From contig CM119372.1 in NCBI GenBank assembly GCA_051294905.1, positions 34,598,001 to 34,662,000 on the forward strand: DNA of 64,000 nucleotides. The letters are read 5' to 3'. This stretch comes from Botryllus schlosseri (Eukaryota). The notes below the pieces were generated by a model. The model had not been told where the DNA came from and did no database searches. It saw only the letters and a program-made list of their open reading frames with translations. This document shows, piece after piece, positions 51,785 to 64,000 of this stretch (positions within the stretch are counted from its first letter, which is position 1; each line of letters begins with the position of its first letter). Both the position numbers and the translations under genes were made by a program.

Positions 51785-53708
51785 ATTTTGAGCCGCATGC
51801 GATAAAAATATTTGTAACTGTAATACGTAAATTATTTCGCAACACACACTCTCTCTCACGACCATCTGCATGATCCATGGTATGTATTTTTCTATTGCAA
51901 ACCTACATGGCAACGCTTTCATGTGTATATACATATATCTATATGCTTCAAATTTGTCATTTCATCTATATGCTTCAAGCGTATGTTGGTTTAGCCTGCG
52001 AAACAAGTACTATTCCGGCCATCTTTGTGTACGCATGTAGATACACAGTGTATTGATATTATGTTGTTTTTCAGTTATCACGACTGTCCTGCGGGTTGGA
52101 TTCGTTGCAAAAGACGTTAACTTCGCAATTCAGGTAATGGTATAGTTTGAAAATATCGAAGTTCAAGATGCAATGTGTATTCCGTGCGTTTCACTATGCA
52201 GCGAGCCAGCGACAGCAAATTATTTCAAATTATTTATATGTGCAATAGGGATGATGGAAACGTTTGCTGGTTCACATTCGTGTTCGGTATGCGAAACGAG
52301 TAGAAGGAAATTTTGGCACGAGTCAAGTTATCTCAAATTTTCCAATCATGAGTCATTTTCAAGTCATGTATGTTTAGTTCCACTTGTGCAAGTTGATGTG
52401 TGGATGTCGAGACAGATGTAATTGCATATTGCATGTATATGCCTGTGACTCTTATAACTAACATTTCATAGGGATGCTACAGTCAGCAGCAACCTCATAT
52501 GTATGTTAAAGAAAAACACTGTTTGAGCGTGCAGGATAATTTAAGATCAGAGTTTGTCGCAATCCAGATTTTGTTGCTAGTAAAACATAACTATTCAACT
52601 ATTTGAACATTCATCTGAATGGTAAATAAACGCCTGCCTTCCTGGGGGTTATTTTATGCACATGTACAGTAGTACGCTGCACCCTATTTCCAAAATCTAT
52701 GCAGGTCTGCATGTTCTATTCGAATTCAACGCCTTCGAAGCAGCGTGCAAAGTATGGCGCCGTTTTAGCCCACTATATTCATGCTCGTAAATCCTATTTT
52801 CAATGTCGCATATATATATATATATTCTATAGCCCGAAATGGATTCATACATATGTGGTACACAGATATTCATCTTTGATGAGACTTAGTCAGTTTCCAA
52901 CGAACGACCTCAATGAAAAAATTCTTGTATGGTTGCAGCGATATTAATTCCCTGTCAATATGGCGGCAGTTAAGGACATGCCTAAGCTGTTTTGTTTGCG
53001 TTGTCACAGTAATGTAAATGGATTTCAGAATGACATAGAAGGATGCAGTATCATATGCAGTGACTTGAAAATAGACCAAAAATTTCGTACTTTAATCACG
53101 AATAATTTTCTACCTTTGACACGTCAACTCCGAGTCAAGTCAAGTCTGTTTAGGGCAGTGCTAGGGCATGGATCTCCAACATGTAACCACGGCCTCCAAC
53201 CATTTTAAAGAGCCACGAAATAATTTGAAAAAACGGTTGAAACAAATATGGGGGCAATTGATTTCGTAACACGTTCAGAGCAGGCCGGGCGGTGTAAAAA
53301 AGGTTGGGGAATCCACGGTGTAATGTAAAGTCAACTTGTTAAAAACGTGACTCGAGTCATCCCAACACTGACGTCAGTCATGATAATTCAGATGTTCACA
53401 TTCGCAAACGATCGTTAGTAGGTTTTATTCTGTGGAGGTTTTTGTGAAATATCTGATTTTTCCAGTATTCATCATAACATTCATGATCAGAATTCCATGG
53501 ATTTAAACTTCATCTCATTCGCTGCATCCCTATGGTAGCGCAAAAAAAAATAGCACTAAACTAAGATACTGTGCTTGAGGGATCACGCTATTTTAATTGC
53601 TAATAGCTAAATTACTCACTACCGACCTACACTTGATCTATGTTCCGTGCGGTCGCAGAGTAAGTTATGTCTGATGAGACGGAAATGGGTATGTGGTCCA
53701 AAATTGTT

Positions 53709-55560
53709 CCGACAGTCGACGAGCATGTCCACATTCAAGTCGAAATACAAGCAATTACTACTAAATGAATACTAGTCCATCCTCAAGATTACCGGACCAC
53801 GACTGACCTATCGATCTCGCCTTCCATGACATACCACCCCATTTTTGTCGCTTGTTTTTTTCTATACTATCTTCTTTACTTTTCATTCAGTGTGCATGCC
53901 TCCTCTTTACATCGCCTAGGCCAGTGGTTCCCAACCTTTTTCATCTCGTGCCTCCCTTGGCCGAAATTTGAGCCAAAATTCCCCCCTTAGGAGAAATCTG
54001 TCCGATGATAAAAAAAGTTCATTTTTACCTGTTGACTGAAGAATAAGACGGGCGGTACCGAGTGTTTGTTTCTAGCAAGTTTGTAACAACACTTTGTAGA
54101 CCTCCAAAACAATGGTCTTGGTCCCAATCAAAATAAATTCTGGAAGGCTTGACTCAACAAACCCCCACACTTCCATTTGTGTTTTCGGCTTACCACGCAC
54201 CAATCGCTAATATACCGTAATTGCTGTGAAAAATCATTATGCATAAATTTACTGATTTCGATATGATTTTTTCTCAAGTTTGCGTATGCATTTGGCCAAT
54301 AACATTGGTACAGACTCGAGTCCCAATTTTTTGAAGACTCGACTTGACTCGAGTCATTTTCTCAAAATACGGAAACAACTCGACTCGAGAAAATCTGTGT
54401 ATTGACTTCACTTGGACTCGAGTCATTGTGCATGACTCGAACCAAGGCATATGACTTGAGACTATAAGACGGCCAACACCGACATTTCATTGTAATTTCG
54501 AAGAACAGTAAATTTACCACCCTATTGGTATTTCGGCTATTGGTCCTGGTACTTGAAAATGCGACAAGAGATTGCTAAAAGTGAGGAAAATTAGTATATT
54601 ATAAATCCAACTCATACAATATCACGAAACAGAGTTATAAAAAGTGGGTTTAACAAGACTCCAACTGGAAACTGAGCAGTCAACACAATGACTTGGACTC
54701 GGACTCGAGTCATAATACCATGACTCGGAATCGACCCTCTGCTCGGTGACTCGGACTCGGACTTGACTCAATGGTGAATTGAAAATGACTCGACTTAACT
54801 CGAGTCAAAACGATGAAAGTGAGATTGACTTGTGACTCGGAGCCTTGTTCACAGCCCACGTGATCAGATTTCCTGCTGGAGCTCATTGAAATTTAGGACA
54901 CCCATTCCGTTTCGGCAACATGGCACCAAGTTTAACATGTCTTTTTTCGATCGGATAGCTGTTCACTAAAAATAAAGCAAGGTTAGCGATCTCTTTGACT
55001 TGAATCGATGACGTTGGAATATTTTGTCACTGTCTGAAAATGTTGAGTTGAAAATATAAGATAAATACTTTCACTAGAGGTCTTGTTGTGATAGATTAAG
55101 CACGACATTTGCTCGCTTAGGATATATTTGATTCAGAGGCCGTCACTGGACTACAAAATTGTCTTGCTAACTGCAGCACATTTGAACTAGTTTAAAAATA
55201 AAACAAGGGGGAATTTGTATGTGAAAAAAAAATACAAATAGCCTTTGAACATACTTTCAAAAAAAAAAAGTTATAAGGAGCATACGTTCGGATACAACTG
55301 GTTGGCTACATGACAGTTCCGACATGAACAATTTGGGAAATCCGTTACAATTCTAACGTTGAATTCCTCCCTAAAAATTGCAAAATTCCCCCCAAGGGGG
55401 GAATTCCTCCCCGGTTGGGAACCACTGGCCTAGGCCAAGGTGGGTGTCCTATTTCATAGACTAGTCCAAGTCGCTTCGACACCTTCCTATCTTTCATTGT
55501 ATCGCATTTCTGTGGTGTATTGAACTGATAAAATTGCTAATAAACCAATGATGATGATGA
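53709..55560 (+). mobile_element. Short 3' fragment of the 61420-62654 LINE family, interrupted by a hAT MITE
   Basis: 53709-53921 plus 55436-55560 closely match ~62312-62654, including the (ATG)n tail. Confidence 0.9.
53922..55427. mobile_element. hAT Charlie/Buster-type element with nested MITE (~54312-54855)
   Basis: TIR CAGTGGTTCCCAACC; perfect TSD GCCTAGGC; the empty site is visible in the other LINE copy at ~62515. Confidence 0.93.
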
Positions 55561-56890
55561 GGGTTCCGGCGATTCACCGTCTGCGGTTCCAATCAGTGAA
55601 CTCTTACGAATTGCACTCAATTCACGGTGATTGTTGCCTACTAGTATGGCAATATTTTACATAGTCACGAGTGTGTACTGCAAAGGTGAAAGCGCTTTCC
55701 ACTGCCACCCATATCGCACTAAAATTTCTAAGAATTTAATTCGAATTATTGCTAATTACGATATGGAGGGTAAAATATGTCAATCTGAATTCTAAATCAA
55801 CAGAATATAGGTTGACGTATGTGGCCTCCTTACATTTATTTCGAATTACGATCGTGATGTCATAGGCTCGTGTTCACCAGACCTGAACCTTTCATGGGTT
55901 TGCAATTGCACCATCCCTGGTATCTAACCGGAAAGTTGCTATTGTCGATTATCACCAGTAGAGCGCAACTATCAGTTGTCGTTACAGGTAGTTGCACTAA
56001 CAACAGCCTTACATGCATGTTTATGTAGATCAGGAGCGGGCAACTTCTCCAGTCGGCGGGCCGGATATGGGGAAATAAAGTACTTGGCGGGCCGGATTCC
56101 TGAATTGATACATTATTTGCGTATTTATCCACCGACATAAGAAATGATCAAATGAATCGTATTTATTGGTAATTTTGACCGTAAAGCATAGTGACCAAAA
56201 CAGTAGTCAATGAATTTGTTAAAGTAATGTACTTCAATAGCTGTTGAAGTCAATGAAACATCTGTGGTATATCAAAGTTGTCAACAAGCTATGTGACCTC
56301 TGGCTGCATGTTGGACGTACAAACCCTTAGTAAAGACTGCACGTGAACATAAGTTAGATTTGAATGCAGCTTTGTCATGTTTTTGTTCATGGTCGAAAAC
56401 GTTTGCACGCAAATGCATATCGCCTCATTATCATGAAAGACTGGAAGCTTTCCGCGGGACGTATGCTGCCCGCCCCTGATGCAGATGAATAAATCGTACA
56501 ATCGGTCCCGCCTATTAGAATTAGTGAAGTCTGGCTTAAATTTTGTTTCGAATACGGTTGCATTGTAAAGTCCGTTTTTTCCTGTCGTCGCAATCCCTGA
56601 GATATCACTAAGAACAATATGAAAACAATATATTTTCTGGACTTTATCACATGTTGTTTGTAAAATGATCAAAAGACCCAGGATATCTCAGTGGGATCCC
56701 TGATGTGCATAGAAAATTAGGAATACTTTTGTCCTACTCTGGTTTGAAGCGGTTGCTGTGTATATTTGGGCCTGCATTCGTTGCAATACATCTGTCGCAT
56801 TTGCTAAGTCTCTTGAAGTCCTCTGCCGACAGTTATAAAGATCAAAGACCGAACGCATATCGAAGACGAAAGTGAAACGAACCTTGGCCC

Positions 56891-59800
56891 CACAGGCGCC
56901 GAGTTACGGGGTGACGGGGTGGCGCAGCCACCCCATGACATCATTATGAGGTGGCGGCCACCACATACAAAATGCTTAAACGCCCGCCGTCTGAGCTGTC
57001 AATCAGCGGGGGTGTGATTATCGCGTAAATGCCAACTATTTACTAACCGATACGCGCGCGACTAATTGTATACGCAGCTTGAACTAGTGCTAAACGGCCA
57101 AATAAATTGTAATCCGTGATTAGTAATCATGCAATCGAGGCGACCTCGTTTACGACGTCGATTTCGACACGCGTGCTCTGAGAAACAACAGCTCTCTTTA
57201 CTGGATGAGCGAATTCACGTTATACTTCTCTCAATTAAATTGTATTTGCACGCATATTCGTTTACAAAATAATTCTTGAGTTAGTTTCGTGATAGCCTTT
57301 TTAATTGAACCGCGAAAAAGGACAGTGTGTTTGTGTGTGCCTGCGAATTGAAAGTCATTCCTGCGCTAAGTGCGCATATTCAATTGCAAAGAATTGTCGC
57401 GATGTCAGACTCGGAACTCGGACGAATAACGGATTAGATGCGCGCTTTCTCGTTTGCTATCATCTCTAATTCTTGTGTGCTTTGCACACTCGTATTCAGT
57501 CGAAGACACTTATCAATGTTTGATCTGTTATTAACACTGTGCATTGTGCAGTGCACGGCGTTGAATTATGTTGTCTAATATTGATGCAACAAGAGATTCT
57601 CGGTGGCGGAAATTATAAAATTATTCGAATATTTTGAGCGGGAACCTTCTAAGTTCCAATAAACTTCATTGCTGGACGGACTCTATCGGGCACAGCTATG
57701 TCGCGGATCGAATTTCAAACCATCGGGATTGGTATTTCCATTGATAAGGTTGCGGCATGTGCAGCCATAATGCTCTTGCAGCAATAACACCTGGATAATT
57801 AAAATCACACCGTTCCACGATCAAATTCGACTGGCTGAATGGGACTTACGTATGCCGTAGGTCCCGGGCTGAATAACCAGCGCGTTGTCGGTATTAAAAC
57901 CCTAGGTGCGTAGCCAGTGAGTTTCTCATTTAAAACTAGAAATCCAGTCCTTTTGAAATGCCAATTCACTAATTCGTATTATCGATGCTGCGTACAGCGT
58001 TGGGACCCCGGGAAATCCCGATAGCTGGATCCCGGGATTACTACTCCCAATGAAATCCCGGGATTTTTAAACAGCATCTACCAAGGTTTACGTAACGCCA
58101 TATCACTGATTTTGGTAATAAAGCAGTGTCACAAACTCGGCTGATTGCCTAAAACAGCGGTCTCAAACACGCGGCCCGCGTCGGCATTTTGAATTTTCTA
58201 GTAATCGACAGTATTTGACTGAAAAATATCTTATTTTGAATTTGAGAACTTAAAATTCACCCGAAAACCACTCCAAAAACCATCGCTAGGTTAAATGCCT
58301 GCAAGCTGCGAAGTTATAACGCGACAGCTTTTACGATGACATGATGCATTTGTCGTCTCGCATGATGTCTAACTGTCTATAACTCATTCTTTCGCCAAAT
58401 TATGCAAAGCACAACAATATTTTTAATAAAATATTCAAAATATACCTTTTTCTTGGCAAACGTGAATATTCCAATAGTGAATAAATAACATTTTCACAAT
58501 GTGTATGGAATGTCAGTCTGCAAGGTCCGTCAAATAAGACCTAATTGAAATTGCAGAATATAACCCTATTTGATACTGCGGCCCGTCGAGTCATCAGAAA
58601 CTACGAAATTGGCCTGCAAGCAAATTTAAGTTTGAGTCCCCTGGTCTGAACGATGATACTCTTGATGCTTTCAGGTTTTTGCGTCAATATTAAAAGAAAT
58701 AAATGTTGTTTGTGGAGTTTTTATGTGTATTTTACTACTTTTCTAATCGCGGGAAATCCCGGGATTGAGAAGCGGAAATCCCGGGAAATCCCGATCCCGG
58801 GATTTCAAATTTGATTCCGAAGTCCCAACCGTAGCTGCGTACTCAAAATTAGCGAGAATCATTTGTATGCGAAAGGGTCATCGATGTCTCATTGGTACTA
58901 TCGGCGGTGGTATGCTTTAGCGCCCCCGCATGCAGGCCTACTACCGTCAGCAGAATCACTTTCGCCAAACAGTAACAATCTCTGAGTGTAATATTGTTAG
59001 TGTTTATGTATCTTTTTGATTAAAACTTATGCCCGCGTCTGAACAAATTGTGCTCGTTGTCATTGCCGAATCTGGGTATTCAGGTATGACTAGCGAACCC
59101 TGTAATTGTAATTGTTGAAGGTTTGCGGCATGCCTGCAATTTCGTTATCAGCGCAACCTTGCCGGCCGATTGTACGTACAGTCCGATAAAATTGATCACT
59201 ACTATGTATTTCGCGCAGCGTACTGATGCTGATTTCAGCAAACTGACGATCGTTATTAGATGTACAAATTCGACCTCATCGCTAGAAACGTAGATTTCAT
59301 CGCGCGCTCTGAGAACCACCATCTCCTGTCGCTATTTGACGACCAAATATACGTTCACCTTCTACAAATTAAAGTGCATTATTTGCATCGTTGAGGGCCG
59401 CAAGCCGCGTTTGAAATATTTTGTGAACCATTTTTGTGATAAATATTCTCGTAGCGCGAAGTTGTTTGTGCCTGCTAGTTGGAATTTATTCCAGTGCCCA
59501 TAATTTCAATTATGCTTTGCGAACGTAAATCGGGAAGTGCAGCAATGCAGTCAAAATCGATGTTTTAATCAGCAACCAATTGTCGCGATGTGAGCTACTT
59601 TACTAAGTAAAAACCCATTGGCGGTAAGGGATAATTACTGATTGGCCGCGCGCGTTTGTAATCATTATTCTTGCCTGTCTTTCGTGTTCCAGAATTGTCG
59701 CGCCGTGTTATTGCTCAGTCCAGCGACGAATGCCGAGTGCGCGACAATCAATGACCTACTTTCGCAATCATCTCAGCGGGAGATCGCGTCGCATTACACC

Positions 59801-59987
59801 GTGTGATGCGATATGCGTGCACAGAATAATCTCGCTAATTGGCCCCGCGTAACACTGATAACACGGCTTGTTGAATTGCAACTGAATATTAGCGTCAGAA
59901 TGGTCATTGCAAAAGGAAGGGGTTTCGACACCCCCCTGGCTACGCGCCTGCCGCCACCCCATGCAAAAATCAAAGTTGGCGCCTATG
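56891..59987. mobile_element. Family B hAT-like element copy 2
   Basis: CACAGGCGCCGA...TTGGCGCCTATG; perfect TSD CTTGGCCC. Confidence 0.9.
57995..58833. mobile_element. hAT MITE with ATCCCGGGA repeats, containing a Charlie-type MITE (58155-58643)
   Basis: CAGCGTTGGGAC...GTCCCAACCGTA; perfect TSD GCTGCGTA; empty site in copy 1 at ~9546. Confidence 0.88.
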
Positions 59988-60771
59988 CTTGGCCCTACTT
60001 ACTTGACTGCTTATATTGACCGTGCATGGTGGTGATTATCTGGAAATCCATATTTTCATTCTATCGCAATCTTGAATGTGTGGTTGAATTGATAACATCT
60101 TCGACCACAAATTTATAGCGCAAAATTCATTCTACTTGTCTGACCTATAGTGGTAGACCTAATTACTTATATAATGTAATTGTCTTGCAGGACTGGTGCC
60201 AGGAAAAAAGATATCTCTGTTGACATCCTACAAACATCATTTCAGTTATACTATATTCCGCAAATATATTTGAAGCTATGCTATTATTGAACTTTGCTAT
60301 CCAGGGTTGAAGCGATATGGATTCAGATTTCAGATACATAGTACATAGCTTTACTATTAATGGTTAGTCGACATGAAGCGTATTTATAATCATTTACACT
60401 AGTGCGGAGCGGATCGACAAATTCTCTGGTCCGACTGCGATCCTGTTTTTCAATTCGGTGGTCCGGCTCCGGCCAAGAATGTAAAAGTCCAGCCGAATAT
60501 CCAATCCGGCTCCGTTCCATGCTCCGTACTACACGGTACGGTGATTCCGTGAATTTATAAATATGGTTCGTTTATTTTCGCACTGGCTTTGCGGTTACTT
60601 GCGTGTGGTTGGTTGTAGCTAATTAGTTGCAAAAGTCATGCTTATCAATAAAGATTCTGGCCGTATCAAAAAAGTACTGATCCGGTTCCGGCCAAAATTG
60701 AAAAAAATCCGGCCGGATATCCAATCCGGTTCTGGTCATGCTCCGCACAAATTTACATCAGATCGCTCATC

Positions 60772-60955
60772 GTTTGTTTGTTTGTTTGAGGTATTCATGG
60801 TGTTTATCGACTACTATGGTCATTTACACCAGGTCAGTTTCTGAATTTTTATTCCGTAACTGCCGACTTGTAGCACGGCCCACTTCAAGGCTTTTATATG
60901 ACACCGCTTACACGGATGATATAGCGAGGGGGAGCCGAGATAAACCTCCAACACT
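60772..60955 (-). mobile_element. Second copy of the SINE 3' body with (CAAA)n tail
   Basis: Reverse complement aligns with ~5269-5450 (AGTGTTGGAGGTTTATCT..GTGCTACAAGTCGGCA..AAACACCATGAATACC). Confidence 0.8.
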
Positions 60956-61005
60956 CATCGTCGTATCATTAGCACGGTTAATGAGCTGCCGACCTCGTTC
61001 TAGGC

Positions 61006-63779
61006 CAGTGGTTCTCAACCTTGCCCCCAGCGCCCCCCAGGAGGCGCTGGCGATTTTGAAGGGGGGCGGAAACGCTCATGGGGCGATATGGGGGGCGCTG
61101 GGCTCAGGGGGGCGGTATGGGGGGCGCTGGAGAAAAATGGCTTCGCAGTAGATGATGTGGTGATAGGACATATCCTTAATGAGTATTCAGAGCAAATTAA
61201 CACCGAAAACTTCGTTACATATAGCCTTCAAAATACCTATAGGTTTAATTGTCCATGGGTCCCTAAATGACTGACACCGAATGTTCCTGTCTTGGCAATC
61301 TGAACCCCAGAAGACAAATTCCATCTGGCAGGGAAAAATTATATGTCAGTGAAGAAATACCAATCTGAAATCGTGTGCGTCTTTTAGTTTAGTACGATTG
61401 GGCGACAGGGATATTCCTGTTGCGGTTGCGATCTCAGACACCTTGTCCTCTCCTCACCTGGTGACCTGTGGTGTGCCCCAAGGCTCAGTACTTGGACCGG
61501 TCCTTTTCACCTTATATGTCAACGACATTTTTGAAACCTCCTCATTGAACACCACACTGTTCGCTGATGATACTCACCTCCTCTCTTCCGCGTCTTCGAT
61601 GGCAGAGCTGGATGCCCTGACTGGTGATCAAATGCCCAAAGTCCATGAGTGGACGGCCCAGAACAACCTTTGCATAAACGCCTCGAAATCGCAATTGCTG
61701 ACAGTAAATTCAAAAAATAACCTAACCGTTAATATCGCTGGTCAGCCCGTTTCCAACACAGATAATGCCAAATATCTCGGGGTTTTACTGGACTCGAACA
61801 TGTCCTGGAAGAGTCATATTCAGTCCCTAGGAACTAAATTATCACCGAAGTGCGGCCTGTTCTACAGCCTTAGGCGCTTCATGCCAGCATGGGTTCTTCT
61901 GATACTCTTTAAATCCTTAATCCAATCGAAGTTAGACTATGGCATCCTCTGTTGGGGGGCTGCCAGTAAAACTGCACTCAAGCCACTGCAAAAACTACAA
62001 CATAAAGTACTCCGAATCATAGCTAGGGCCCCAAAGGGGCCTGGCTGCCCATCCAACAAGTCGCTGCTGAAGAGATTCGGCGTCCTAAACATAGAAGATA
62101 TGCGGAAACTAGAAAACGCCAAGTTTATGTATCAGTTCCACTGTGGTCGTTGCCCCGAATATTTCAATGACTTCTTTACCTCGGAATCAAAAGCGCACAA
62201 GTACAACACACGCGCGTCCACGTCGTCCAAATATCATATGATCGACCGAAAAGATCATCGCTCTATCAAATATGCCGGACCTGATGTGTGGAACAGTATC
62301 CCGCCGGCCATCCGACAGTCGACGAGCATGTCCACATTCAAGTCGAAATATAAGCAACTACTACTAAATAAATACAGTCCATCCTCAAGATTACCGGACC
62401 ACGACTGACCTATCGATCTCGCTTCCCATGACATGCCGCCCCATTTCTTGTCGCTTTCTTTTTCTATACTATCTTCTTTACTTTCATTCAGTGTGCATGC
62501 CTCCTCTTTACATCGCCTAGGCCAAGGTGGGTGTCAGATTTCATAGACTAGTCCTTGTCGCTTCGACATCTTCCTGTCTCTTCATTGTATCGCATTTTTT
62601 GTGGTGTATTGAACTGATAAAATTGCTAATAAACCAATGATCATGATGATGATGTTGGGCGATATCCCCGTTGAGCGATTCCATATTTTTTGATATTGCA
62701 GACAGGGGGTCACGAAATAACATCATGCAACGAAGTCATACCAACGGGTTCGCCCGCCCGAATATGTTTAATTATTAGTAACGGGCCCTACAGTTTCCAA
62801 GAAACCTCACAATGTTCGCTTTAAGTTTTGATGAGTCTGCGCACACTCAACAACTCACTGCGCTGACCCTTGGACAACAGTGCGTAACGACTAAAAAAAG
62901 GTAATAACTCCGGATTTGTTGTGCGCAACGTAGATTTTATGTGCGCAGAGACCGTGTCAGCACTGCGCACGTGCGCAGCTTAGAGGGAACATTGCACCTC
63001 ACTCAGCTCTACCGGTAAATGTGTTTACGTGAGCAGAGAGAGAATAAAAATTGATTTCAATTTACAGGCAATTCCCGATGATATTGACCAATTCAATCAT
63101 TAATTAGTGAAATTTTTCGCACTTCACGCGACTAGGCGAGAATAGCTGCCTCAGTAAATGAACGCCCAATGTAGATACCTAATAGGCTATCAGCAAATAG
63201 CGGACAGCCTAATGGGGGTCTGGGAGTGAAGTCCCCGGAAGTTTGGTTTATCACCCGATGGGGGCCCAGGACCAACGTTTTTTGTTTGGGGGGGGGCTGA
63301 CGAAGTGCTGTTACGGCCCTGGTAACGAATAATTGTACCTGCGGGCACGCCCGAATATGTTTACTTATTCATTACGTGCCCTTTATTTTCCTATACAACA
63401 GCTCACTCAGAGCTACTGGTAAATCTGATTACGTGGGCTGAGAGGATAAAAAGTTTATAGCGACTTATGTATGTAATTACCACCTATTCATTCATGCATT
63501 ATAGAAAATTTTGGTACCTAGGGCGACCAGGCCACACAAACTTTGCTCACCATCAAAATCATGATATGGGATTCGTGGGGGCGAAGCCCTCAGAAGTTCG
63601 GTTTATCACGCTATGGGTGCGCAAGGCAATCGTTTTTTGGGGGGTTGACGAAGTGATGTTACGGCCCTCCCTCTTACTCATTGTCTTTATTACATTCCTT
63701 ACAATATGAAGTTGGGGGGCGCTGGAGCACGATAATTTTTGAAAGGGGGCGCTGGAAGAAAAAAGGTTAAGATCCACTG
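61006..63779. mobile_element. hAT Charlie/Buster-type element carrying a nested LINE and MITEs
   Basis: CAGTGGTTCTCAACC...GGTTAAGATCCACTG; perfect TSD TTCTAGGC (60998-61005, 63780-63787); GGGGGCGCTG subterminal repeats. Confidence 0.88.
61398..62408 (+). CDS. C-terminal half of RT ORF2 of a second 5'-truncated CR1/L2-group LINE (element ~61420-62654)
   Basis: GVPQGSVLGP, FADDT, KYLGV, DYGILCWG, LQHKVLR motifs; homologous to but diverged from 26832-28541; (ATG)n tail. Confidence 0.92.
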   Translation: MGDRDIPVAVAISDTLSSPHLVTCGVPQGSVLGPVLFTLYVNDIFETSSLNTTLFADDTHLLSSASSMAELDALTGDQMPKVHEWTAQNNLCINASKSQLLTVNSKNNLTVNIAGQPVSNTDNAKYLGVLLDSNMSWKSHIQSLGTKLSPKCGLFYSLRRFMPAWVLLILFKSLIQSKLDYGILCWGAASKTALKPLQKLQHKVLRIIARAPKGPGCPSNKSLLKRFGVLNIEDMRKLENAKFMYQFHCGRCPEYFNDFFTSESKAHKYNTRASTSSKYHMIDRKDHRSIKYAGPDVWNSIPPAIRQSTSMSTFKSKYKQLLLNKYSPSSRLPDHD

Positions 63780-64000
63780 TTCTAGGCTATTGTAAGACAC
63801 TTGTAATCGTATTGTCATTGATCTAACTAACTGTCCGAAGTGGATGGCCAGGCCCACTATAATATTCGTCAGGTACTATTGGATCGAGAGTTCACAAGTT
63901 TAAGGGGTGTATTGCAACAACTGCATAGTACAATGAAATGGCAAACGCTTCAAGCCAAACAAGACTTCCTCAAATTAAGTACACTCCACTGTACGTTTGA

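Overview
Eukaryotic, AT-rich animal genomic DNA (probably a marine invertebrate; a tunicate is plausible but cannot be proven here) made almost entirely of nested transposable elements. No intact host gene, operon or CRISPR array is recognisable. It contains many non-autonomous hAT-type DNA transposons/MITEs with readable TIRs and 8-bp TSDs, several fold-back elements, and two 5'-truncated CR1/L2-group LINEs with uninterrupted RT frames. Other components are a pol-deleted BEL/Pao element whose intact gag starts with a SAP-like motif, a 1-kb internally deleted Gypsy element with a 42-nt tRNA-Leu copy at its PBS, a Sola2-like element, a tRNA-derived SINE and a divergent, deletion-riddled 18S rDNA pseudogene. 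The centrepiece is a four-level nest plus an adjacent LINE (18277-28835) that can be unpeeled base by base from the TSDs. It sits just upstream of a damaged spliced reading frame resembling SAMD3-like/EnSpm accessory proteins. Superfamily assignments come from remembered terminal and protein motifs, not database searches.
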